Shown here: positions 1 through 11,150 of the stretch, piece after piece
Layout: the number at the start of each line of letters is the position of its first letter
Position numbering within the stretch: the first letter of the stretch is position 1
DNA from: Balanoglossus misakiensis
Lineage: Eukaryota > Animalia > Hemichordata
Length of the DNA stretch: 64,000 bases
Reading direction: 5' to 3'
Assembly: GCA_040954595.2 (NCBI GenBank)
Contig: CM082583.2
Coordinates: 5,516,849-5,580,848, forward strand
The notes under the pieces: generated by a model
What the model saw: only the letters and a program-made list of their open reading frames with translations
What the model was told of the DNA's origin: nothing
Databases searched by the model: none
Made by a program: the position numbers and the translations under genes

Positions 1-46
1 CTGTCGGTGTGTTGACAATTTTCCCTCCTTTTTTTTCGCCATTCAG

Positions 47-3000
47 GTTTGAGGTTCCGATTTTTGAGGAAGGGGATTGGGGAGATGAACCGGAGTACTA
101 CAACGACCTGGGCAAATTACCGCCCATTCCGAAACAAGCCCAGCCAGTACCCCCTCTACCTAGTGCTCATTATCAGACACCCAGCAATGTTCCTGTAAGT
201 ACACAAAGCCATGCAAGAAGTTTGACAAGCCTTTATCTATTAAAAATTCTGCAATTTTTTTTTGCAGGATACCAGATACGGATAAATGTACAGACGATAG
301 TAATCTTGCGAACCAAACATATAAATAGACATGATAAATTAATTAATTAATTCATTTCTAATTATTTATTAATTATTATTTAATGAAAAGAAGCAGAAAA
401 TTAAGTCGGTAAAAAATCGCGATCCCATTGTTATTCCGCTTGGTTTTTTTTCCCCTCTCCGACCTGAGGAATACGAGAGAGTGGCACCCTCTCAGTCCTT
501 ATTCTGCGGTTCTTTTGTTCCCCCCCCCCCCAGGCTACAAGTAGCAACGGTGCCTATGCCTCGCTGAAAGACAAACCAAGGCACAGACAACAGGGCGAGG
601 TCATTTACGACAACAAATCGAGTCATGAACCAAACCTGATAGATTTTGAAAACGAAGCTGCGGTGCCTGGTGGAGGTAAGAATTCGTCAACACTCAGGTT
701 TTTTTTCCCTAATCATGTGATTTGGGTGTGAGGTCATAAGGTCAAGGTACGCATCGGATTTTCCATTAGCTGGTTGCAACTTCTGGCGATTTGTTTCGGT
801 GGATTTGATGAAAACAACCAGTATTTTGCCTCTCATCGTGGTCAACCGTGTTGCACAGTCAGCATTGTGATCATTGAAAGTTGAACTAGAGACTGCACTC
901 AAGAACACTGATTAAAATTGCCCGAAGTTGTAGGTACTAATGACTGGATTACCGATCGTAGGTGAAGCTTCGCCGTATATGAAACTTGAGGGCAGCATTC
1001 CCCAAACAGTCTATCAGGGTCTTGGAAATCGAATGCATGTGTATGAAGCAGTCACGGACAGTCAGGACGTAAGTGGGTTAATTAAACCGCAGGGGATCAT
1101 GCAATGCAAACACTTAAACTGGCCAGTAACGTTTGAATTGCTCATTTGCATACGGTTTTTCAACTTTTTTCACAACGAAAGTTAAGCAACTTGCAACCCA
1201 TTGCTGACAATTATTTCACCCCAGGCACATTACTGGTACTATGAGTGTACTACATGTGATTTTTCATGAAGTTTTATCGAGAAGAATTTCTTTACTTCCA
1301 CTGACAAAATTGTGATCACGAAATTCAAAGTGACCTTGAAGTTAAAAAATCAAAAAAAAAATATCAGCCATACCCACACAAAAATTAACCCCCTCAGGTT
1401 TTAGAAACATTATTAAACTCCTCTATTCATAATTTTGACATGAATATATCCATGCCGAGAGTCAAGGACCACAATTTACAGTGCCATAGGTCAGTCCTGA
1501 GAAGTCAGTCAGCGTGAATAGTGTATAGACTCCTTATGTAATATGCTAATGAGAGATAACGATGTGTTGAAAAGGAAGCCATTACGTCATGGGTTAACAT
1601 GCGTTGACCTACTTCAATGCATACACATATGGCAAACACGGCTGTACTCGTCGATGGCGAAGGCAATTTTTACACCGTCATTACTCCACAACGGAGCGGC
1701 TCACACTATTATAATTTCACGGTAACTTAGTTCAATATCTTCCTAACCTACCCAATTTTTTTCAAGACAAGAAATCTTTGCCGAGAGTCAAGGACCACTA
1801 TTTAAACCAACATACCGAAACTGTCTATCTCGGGAACGCGTCGTTTAAACTTCACGAAAAATCATCCTATCATTGACTATGGTGTTTCATACACGTCATA
1901 GAAAAATGGATGCACTACGATCACTTGTAGTACCGAAAATCTCCGTTTGAAAATTTTTCCAACTGGCTGTAACTGCCACTCAGCGACGTTCACATTCAAA
2001 TAGATCTCTTTGATCTCACCGCCTTAATTACCCCACTTACGTCCTGACTGCGGAGGAGACCGCAGAAGGTTTTGCCGAGTTTTTGTCTACTAACTCATGG
2101 CCGCCATTTGCTCATGTAACCAATCATGTAACATGGGATGATCATGAGGGAATCAAAGCCAATCGCTGTCGCAAGGGTTTCATTTTTGGTTACATTTCGC
2201 ACCAGTATACACTTGTGGGGACATGCAACTTTTCATTCACTGGACATCCCACGTTTCCCGTCACAGAAACATACATTTTGCACGCCATGATTTACACCGA
2301 GTGGATCCCACTTTGAGCCTTGCAAAGCACATGATAATTACTGTAACAGCAACCGGGTTCATATTTTCCTGGAAAATTCTGGATAGTTCGGGAATTTTTA
2401 AACCACTCCAGTATGGGAAGTCACCGAAAAAAAAAGTTTACTGGCGAAAAATCCTCGAAAAGTCATTTAACCTCCTTGTGCTAGAATAATATGCCAATAA
2501 TGACGAAAACATTTTGACCAAAATACATGTACTGCAGACTAACTCCTGTGAATATTTTTTTTTATCTCAACAACTTTAAAATTCCTGGAAAAAATCCTGG
2601 ATTTGTGAGCATATGAACCCTACAATACTAACAAATTGCAACTCACCCAACATATAGTCATCATTTCTGAGTTGTCAAAGATGTGCAGCTACTTCAGATA
2701 ATGTCATTCACCCAATTCTTATACATGTACACATGTAAATTCTAAATGCCCTCAAAATGATGGCTGTCAATCCCACAACTCACTTATGACAAGATTGTCA
2801 AATCCTTTAATTCTAGTACATGTAGTGCTTCCAGCATGATTAAATCTTGTTAATTTGCTTGCTTGTAATATATGTTTGTGTTATATTTTGCATTCCCTGC
2901 ATGCTGCTCCTAGGTACTTATTGCATCTATGATAACGCCGAGATGGAAGAGCCTGAAATATCTCATTACTATGAGGAGCCCGCGCCCAAGAAAGGTTTTT

Positions 3001-4654
3001 GCAGTTTGTGCCAATTTTTTGGGGGGTGCTGATTTTTTGGTTGCTTCTTTGTAACCATGGTGGTGGTCGCAAATACAGCAGACATTCCATGCTTTGTGCA
3101 TTGCTTATGGTTTAACCCTATCACCCCTGCTTTTGTTTGTATGGATCCGACCCCACTGTTTCATACATTGGGACTGGACCATATGACGTGGTGTTGTTTT
3201 ACTGAAACTATAATCAACATGCTACAGGGGCTTACTAATTCATTAAGTTTGTCTACATCTCTTCAAAATGAGCTTTCCATTAAAAACTATGATTTTATTA
3301 ACGAAATTCTCCCCTGTTTTCTCTCTAGGTTATGACACGCCAAATTCTGCCAAAGCCTCGTACGACGTGCCCAAACCGGCGGTCAGTGCGTTCGACGACA
3401 GTATGTACTCCCTCCCGCAACAACTCCACGGTGCGGATGTCGGGGCACGGAGCTCGGGCAGGGACAGTCCCATGGACACCAATCAGTCGCAAGCCAAGCC
3501 CCAGACTCCACCGACAACGTCCACACAGTCCAAGCCGCTAACTCCGCCCGTGTCAACGACAGTGGCTGGTGCGCACCAGAACAGCGTTCAACAGCCCACG
3601 GTTTCATCAACGACAGATGTCTTTGACATGGGTGAGTTGAATTGCATGTGCATGCACTTATCACGTCTTGATATAAAAAAACGGAGAAGCTATCCATGAA
3701 TTTTTTTCAAGGTTTGTAGTCGAAAAATGCTCTGTGCTTTATCTTAACCTTTTCACCCTCATGGTTCGGTCCAAACTCATTGTCTTCTATGATAAACCTG
3801 GACCTCTAAAGAGGTAACTGGGGGTGAAAGGGTTAATTGATTTTCGGCACTGACCAGGGAACTTCCTTGGTGATTCATTCCTGGTTGATGCGGCAGTCTG
3901 TGTATAACCGTTCTGTTTTGCTTGCTCGGACAGAACCATTTCAGCCAGGAGGGGGATCAGCTGCAGCTGCAGCAGCGGCAGCGGCAGCAAGCAGTGGAGG
4001 TGCCGCAGCCTCTGAACACGGCCAAGCGGCTGCCTCGGAACCCACGGGGTCGGTCATACAGAACGAAGTCTGGTTCCACGGCCCGCTGACCAGGAAGCAG
4101 GCCGAGTTGCTGCTGGAGGAAGACGGCGACTTCTTGGTGCGAGAGAGCACGACGACGCACGGCCAGTATGTGCTCAGTGGCATGCAAGGCGGACACAGCA
4201 AGCATCTGCTGCTTGTGGATCCAAAGGGAGTGGTAAGTCACGGTGGGGAGGGGTCATTGGGAGGGGGGAGGGGGAATTAATTGTGGGGTGTGCAGTTGAA
4301 AGGACAGTGGCTTCGTGGTTGATCTACACAGAAAGATTTACATCAAACTCTACCACTCCTTGCCACTGTTTGTTAGTCAGCTCTAACAAACGTGATGTTT
4401 TTCTTGCAAGAAAGTTATTGAAAAGACAATACCAGTAGTTTTGTGGTCTTTGATCCTGATAGGTATATCAACTGTATTTTTTTGTATGCCATTTGTTATG
4501 ATGCATACGATCTCCCTTTTCTCTGCAGGTGAGGACGAAGGATAAAATATTCAACAGTGTCAGTCATCTGATCAGCTATCACCGTGACAACAAAGTACCC
4601 ATCATGTCTGCCGGCAGCGCTGTCAAGCTCAGCCAACCAGTTCTAAGACACTGA
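47..4654 (+). CDS. SHC1: Shc-family adaptor protein, 3' part (CH1 region + C-terminal SH2); PTB-encoding exons lie upstream of the window
   Basis: Exons 47-194, 534-675, (2914-2994, optional), 3329-3631, 3934-4232, 4529-4654 with GT-AG borders in compatible phases. Shc hallmarks: [11 protein letters not shown] (YYND Grb2 site), DVFDM|EPF adaptin motif, SH2 [47 protein letters not shown]|[18 protein letters not shown]; TGA at 4652-4654. Likely pro-orthologue of SHC1-4. Confidence 0.95.
1059..2050. mobile_element. Non-autonomous TIR DNA transposon (992 bp, 4-bp TSD CGGA) in a Shc intron
   Basis: Left end CAGTCAGGACGTAAGTGGGTTAATTAA (1059-1085) matches the reverse complement of 2024-2050 at 26/27; CGGA flanks both sides; internal 26-bp direct repeat at 1453 and 1779; no transposase ORF. 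Confidence 0.88.
2353..2622. mobile_element. Degenerate hAT-like MITE
   Basis: GGGTTCATAT ... ATATGAACCC termini and repeated CCTGGAAAA subterminal motifs; related fragments at 34431 and ~53047; no intact TSD. Confidence 0.45.
3744..3836. mobile_element. TTAA-flanked ~90-bp MITE (piggyBac-type ends)
   Basis: TTAA-CCTTTTCACCC ... GGGTGAAAGGG-TTAA; second copy in opposite orientation at 28478-28566, internal fragment near 61790. Confidence 0.75.
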
Positions 4655-7600
4655 AGACGATTGGCCAGCTTGCCGCGCTGGCAAAGAAACAATGACTTTT
4701 TTATTGGACTGTCTATATTCTATCTTCTGATCTGCATCAAGGTTGATAACCATGAGTTGGGCGGTCTTGTCTTCAACCAGTTACGCGAGTTTTCATTGGA
4801 CTGTGCATACTCACCATCTAATCTGCATCAAGGTTTGCCAAGGAACAGCCAATGGAATGTCCTGTCTTATATCAGCGCGACGAGATCACCATTCTTGCCC
4901 AGAGGTTTCAGAGCTGGTGACACTTCAAAGGATATGACCTCAACAGAATCATGGAAAGGCTACGAATGCAGTCAACGAAAATATGAAATTATTCATTTCA
5001 GTGTATTTCTCAGTGTTTTTTTTACATGATAGCTGTCTAAAATGGGACCATGATTTACAGACTTGTGTGTATGTTCCACACAAACAGAAAGTACAGATCA
5101 CGTTGTTTCCTGGAGATTACATCTAGATTTTATAGAAGATTTTCACACAAAGCAAACTCAGTATCTAATGTATTTCTCTTGCCATAATTTAAAAGCACCT
5201 TCATTCAGCCCACATCACGTCGTAACCCCCGTCTCGTATTTTTCAAAAGAATTTTTTTTTCAACCTTTTATATGAATATCAAATTTATGTTGGACTAGAG
5301 CAATGTCCTATTTATATACCGGTAAAGCACACCTATCAAACAAGTTCTCTTTTAGATATTGGTCATATTTTGGTGGGAGTATCTCTGGAAAGTGTTGCCA
5401 TGTATTACAGTATTTACACAAGTGCCAAACAGAAAGTTAGGCTACGCAACATTTTTCGCCAGATATATTTAGTAATGTAGCAGTCTACAAAAAAAATTGG
5501 TTGATCGTGCAGGAGATTCGAGTCGACTTTCCTTTTCCGATGAACTGTGGTACTGAAACACAAATCATGGATTACAAGTAAGAAGTGGCATCGTATGGAA
5601 AATCCCTGTGTGTGACTGACATCATGATGACATCACTACATCATATTTCTCCATGGCATTGCTCGATGGCAACTTCAGATTTGCAGAACCTGGAAACAAC
5701 CGGCTGGATTCTATACTACTCAGATTCAAGATGCAGTACAGTGAGCATCTCAAAAGAAGTGCACACCGAGACTCTCTCACAGGCCTTGCAGAGATAAAGA
5801 GCTTTGCAACACTGCGCTGTCCATCTTGCTCCACCAAACTGCTAAGAGGCACACAAGTGGTACCGGTACTCCCAGTACAGAGCTGTGCACCAGAATAAGG
5901 GCTGTGAGAGCCGTCAGTGCACACCTCACATAACCTTGGCTTCACCCCTTCACCACCATTTATTGGTATGACCCGATGGGATGGATGTTTGGAGAATTGT
6001 GTGTGCAGTATATTGCAACCCAGTCAAAACTTTGGCTGTGCAAAGAAAATCTGTTCCAACAGGAGTCCATTAGGAATATTTGAAATATGACTTTCCCTCC
6101 TGTACTTTGTCAAACCTTAGTTTATATCATCATGGGCTGTGAAGCTTGAACCTACAGACATGTAGCGTGGGATTGATAGGGTCATCTGTGGTACTCTGTT
6201 GTAAGAGTGAGATGCAGTTAACAGGCCATGTGCGGGCCCAGTACAGGAGTAATTCATTCAACTCTCCATAATCACCATAATCATGTCTTTAATATGTAAA
6301 TTTTGTAATCGAGGAGAGGTAGGGGATCAGGGAAGTCATCAAACTGCCATCTCTCATCCTGATGGTGACTGTGAGTTTGCCACCATAAATAGTTCGGTTC
6401 AGATTGTGTATTTAAAAGCTGGCCTTATACTTTCATGGAAACATGAGTTTTAAAATCACTTGAGAGATAGAAGAGAGATGAGAATGTTTCAATGTTCACG
6501 TTCCATAGCTGCATATTTATGTACCTTTTGTCAGTTTTTTTCTCAATCCTTGATTCTCTGCCTCATTGTGCTTTGATAGAGAAACAAAATCACATTTTGC
6601 TGTACGAGTCTGACCACATGGAATGGTTTACAATGGAAATGTGGTCGAAGTTCAAAGTTGAAATATTGCTGCCAAAGCTCTTGGGTGAGGTCATTGATAG
6701 TTCAAGTTCAATGCAGACAGTTTTGAAGAGGGTGGTGTGAGAAAGGATGGGGCTTTCCAATATATGGACAATCTGAACAACAGTCTTTCATGTTTCCTTA
6801 TGGTATTTTTTTTTTCATTTTTTTGTAAAGATTTTAGTCACTTTTTTATGAATATGATGCACCTGTATGTTAATTTTGAACAAATGTTTCAGCTTTAAGT
6901 TTCCACAAAGCAAATTAGAACCAGTAGTTTTTATTCAAAAAGTGGAAGTGAAAAATAATTTGAATCAAATACTCGGTGTAGCTTTCGTGTGCCTATTTTA
7001 CACAGACCATAAATTTGATAGGCACAAGTCAAATTGGTGTGCCACAAAATGTAAACAAATGCTGTTCGGTTGTCTATATTTTCAAGCTCAGACTAGGAAT
7101 TTCCAATCTGTACTTTTCTTGCTGCAATACTACACTATGTCCAAGATTTCTTCTGATGAAAAAAAATTACAAGAAAAAAAAGTTTCCGATGTGTTTGTTT
7201 GCACAATCTTCATTTCTCTTGGGATGCCTTTTTTTGTTTTGCTTCTCATTCTTTGACTTACTGTCATAGTTGGCCGAGCAACTTTTGTCGTTTGTAACTG
7301 GCCGTGATGTCTTTATCAAACAGCACCCTCTACGATCAGATTGGGTATAAATAAGCCCTTGACCTTGACCAGCCATCCTAATACTGTCGTGTTGATGGTA
7401 CAGCTGTTTTCTAGAGAGGTGCATTGAAGCCGTCTGTGTTTCTGTGATGTTCATTTTGATGACCTAGAGCTTGTGCAATTGTGAAATATCAATGTTTTGT
7501 TGTTTTCCAACTGAAAGTCAATCCTTTGTTAATTAGCCTCATAAGGAGAAGCAACATACAGATAAGAAAAATGCTGCGCTTGATACTTGCTGCGGGCCCG

Positions 7601-7873
7601 ACTTGCTGATAACAGGATTGCAGGCCTTTCTAAGTAACACATTGCAGTGTAATGAGATGAGGAGAATTTGCTAATGTCAAGTGAATATTAAAATTTGGTT
7701 TTGTTTTCTAGGAAAATCGTTATCCAAGTAACACATGTGTTTTGACAAACTCTGTGTGCATTTACCAAAATAGTGTCTTCACAGCTGATGTGTTCTTAAA
7801 GTTTTATGAAAAAGAAAGCCTTTGTGAAAAGATAAGTCTTTAAAACGTACAGGCCAGGTGAAGACAGTTTCAT

Positions 7874-7891
7874 CACTAGGGGGCGCTGTTC
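7874..7891 (+). promoter_or_regulatory. CTCF-type motif
   Basis: CACTAGGGGGCGCTGTT matches the CTCF core CCASYAGRKGGCRS. Confidence 0.55.
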
Positions 7892-8262
7892 CGCAACGAG
7901 GCACGAACGTGCTACCTTCAGCTGCTTTTTACGACACAAGCTTATATACCTTACTTAAACTATATTGAACGTTTCAAATTTAAAACTATTTGTACCTTTG
8001 TGTAAATAAGTGTATCCAGAGAAATATTTTAGATGGACATTGCTTTGAATCTAAACAGAGACACTGCTATAGATTAATATTGGTAGAGGAGTGTTGCAGT
8101 TTCCACATTGATATGTACATTTTCTTTTTAAATCATGAACGGTTGAAAAAAAAGAGGGATGATTTTTTTCGTCCAATTTGAATATCATATTTGAGAGACT
8201 GTACAAGTTTTTACAAACTTTGCTACGCTTGTATCATACTTAATATTCAGGAGATAAAATGA

Positions 8263-8268
8263 AATAAA
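8263..8268 (+). terminator. Candidate poly(A) signal of Shc (implies a ~3.6-kb 3'UTR)
   Basis: AATAAA followed by U/GU-rich sequence, just before the convergent ZCCHC9 signal (TTTATT 8392-8397). Confidence 0.5.
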
Positions 8269-8570
8269 ATTATTGGTGTTTGAACCATCATGCATTTGTT
8301 CCTAATTCTATTTCGTGTCAGCGTGTCAAACATAAATCTGACGAAAATTAATTGAAGCACAGGACTTCACAATTTTCTCATTATGTCCATCTTTATTGCC
8401 ATGACAATAAAATAGACTAGAACTGTCGTATACGCACAATATTAACAGTAAATGTCCAGGAATCCTGCTGTAGTGCTGTCATAAACTTTTATGTAATTGA
8501 TACGTAAAACACCCATCACTGCCTCAGGGGACCACCCATGATATTTTACACTGAGACAACCCCCACTCCC

Positions 8571-10000
8571 TCAGAATTTCACAATTTTTGGTCCTTTGCT
8601 TTTCATGGGAAGTTTCTTGTGGGGTCTTGATAGTGTGGGTTCTGCATCGGCACTTTCAGGTCTCCTCTTCGCCGTGGCAACTGCTCCAAAGTGAGGCTCT
8701 GTCACTGGGGGAGGAAAAGCAACAAAATGCACTTAAGGGTTCATGCAATATATAAACTATAAACAGTACAAGTGTACAATGCATAAATGCACATGACAAT
8801 TATAAAGCCCGGTCACGTAATGTCACTGATTTTAACAGTATGTCAGAGGAGTTACTTTAAAGATTTACCCTTTGGTGCCGGTTCTTCTGGACAGTCTCGA
8901 ACGAAGTGTTCCACGGATCCGAAGAGTTTACAACCTCCACCGTGCGGATAAAGACCTCTGGGATTATCCGGACACTGCTTGGACAGATGACCCATCTCCT
9001 GGCAGATGAAGCACTTGGCAAAGGGAAAGTTGCCTGGAGGAGACGGTAATGAAAATGAAATAAATTGAGAATATTTTGAATTCAATGAAATTCAAGTGTA
9101 TCTTTTATCCTGTCGTGATAGACCACCATGGCCAACATTATTGTCCCCGGATCAGTGATAATTACATACAAGCTCAGACAAGATTTGATTTACACAGCTT
9201 TCTCCATACCTTTGGTTTTCTTTAGTTTGATTCTGCATTGATCAGAATTGTGTTCAGTGGAACCACAGCGGAAACATATCCCCATTCCTTGCTCTACATC
9301 CATGATCAGGTCCGGACAATCCGCTACTCCGTGTCCTGGCTTGCGGCACTGGAAACACACCTGCAGATTAAAACCAAGTTCAGTCAGCACTCATTTAAGA
9401 AACTCAGCACACACAAATAAGGTTACATTTCAATTTACATCGCAGAAGTAGTAATCATATTGAATGACATGTTCTAAGTAGCTGCAACACATTTGCCATC
9501 AACGTCAATACTTATATTATGACCAAAAAACCACATGTCACCTTTTTACTGTGCCTTTCTTCAATTCTTTTCAGCCGTCTCTCCTCTCTTCTCTTGTCTT
9601 TCTTGGCTGCCAGTTCCACAGCAGAAAGTTCCTTCTTCTTTTTCTTTCCTTCAACCAGTTTCCTGTTATCATTTGCCTTTGTGGTTTCAGCCTTATCACC
9701 TCCATCACCATCCCTAAGCCTACTGGGACTTCTTTTCTTTTGTTTGTCACTTGTCCTTTGATCAGTACACTTGGATTTCCCTTTACTCTTTTCTGAGTTC
9801 ACTGTTTTACTCCTTTTAATGTCTGTCTCACTTCTTGCCGTGTTTGTCTCATTTACCGTCCGTTCATCGACTTTCTTTTTCTTTGGTTTATGTTCTGGAT
9901 CACGTTCATCACTCTTTGCTCCACCAGTTGACTGCAGTTCCTCCCACGAGGAAGCCTCATGAGGTCTCTTTTTGGGACCTCCTCTAGCAAACCTGGTCAT
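8571..10000 (-). CDS. ZCCHC9: Zinc finger CCHC-type containing protein 9
   Basis: Coding exons 10000-9542, 9360-9210, 9033-8869, 8704-8571. N-terminal MTRFARG..ASSWEEL, basic region RREERRLKR, knuckles CFQCRKPGHGVADC, CFRCGSTEH..C, CFICQEMGHLSKQCPDNPRGLYPHGGGC (fourth knuckle reads CKLF, so its second Cys is lost), C-terminal KIVKF. Probable non-coding first exon ends at 10294. Confidence 0.93.
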
Positions 10001-11150
10001 GGTGTTGGTTGAAATGTTACCCTTTTTATACTGCAGTTTATTCAAGGTGTTTCATGCTAACCTCACTTGCATACAACCTGGAACATTAATGAACAACAAA
10101 ACAAATAGTGATTTACTGAATCTACCTCCCCCCCCCCCCCCCCCCCCCATAACAACAACGCACAGCCGAAGGAGTGGCAAGGACCACCGACCGGCCCGCA
10201 GTAAAAGACTCTCCACAGACCTCGTCTTCGGACGCATTGTTGTTCCCCTTGCTGTATTCTTCACATGATCAACACTCAAATGTCTCAACATACCTGTAAT
10301 CGTTCTGGTCTTTATGGTGAATCAGATCGATTGGGGACCACGACTTCTTTCATGGGCGCAGCCATTGCAATCCCACAATTCTGTTAAAGTAGCGCCCTCA
10401 ACGAAAGTTAGATCCAAAACTGGCACTTGTACGTTACGTGCAGAGGAAAGAGACTGTCAGTGTTCTCCATCCGGAAATCTTTGTAAATTGCCTGTTTAAT
10501 TCTTGAATTTTAGACAAAACCCGTGACAATGAACAGTGTTAACCATAACGCCACTCTTTTGGTCTCTCTAGATTTTGAACGGTACCGACGAAAAGCCCGT
10601 TTTCCCACGTGAACGGTGAAGTATCGGACAACTCCAGCACCTGCATGCGGCTCTTGGACGTGGTTTGATGTGCATTTCAAGCTGTGGGATATGCTACAAT
10701 AGAATTATGAGCATCTGCAGCGAGGTCATGCAACACCATGCAGAGTTAAATATATAAATAAAATAATAAGGTATGACCAATATTGTGTATTTTGAAGACT
10801 TGCTTTCATTTTATTGCTCAGGATCAGGGCTGACTCAGGAGGGATGAAAGGCAGAAAGATTACAAAATGAGAATATTGAGAAAGTTTATTTGACTAAACA
10901 AGGCATGGCTTGTCTTGCTTGCTATATAAACTACTGTATGTAGGGAACTGACTGTGTTTAATTTGTACACTGAAAATGAAACAGATTGGTACCATCACAG
11001 TCCTGTAATTGGAGAAATTAACAAGTGGATGAAAGATGCTTATACTCCAGCAACTGTATGTTTCAAAGGTGTCACAATGAAAATAGTTCTCCTAGCTTGA
11101 AGACTAGCATATGTAGACGTTCTTGGTTTTCTTGTACTTGTAGATTAACA

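Noticed and set aside
4661-8181. Short ORFs downstream of Shc
   Set aside because: No domain similarity or exon structure; consistent with 3'UTR.
10127-10148. Poly-C/G runs (also ~520, 22234, 40456, 52997, 58813) and a G-rich tract at ~23356
   Set aside because: Intronic homopolymers; G4 potential but no evidence of function, and lengths are unreliable.
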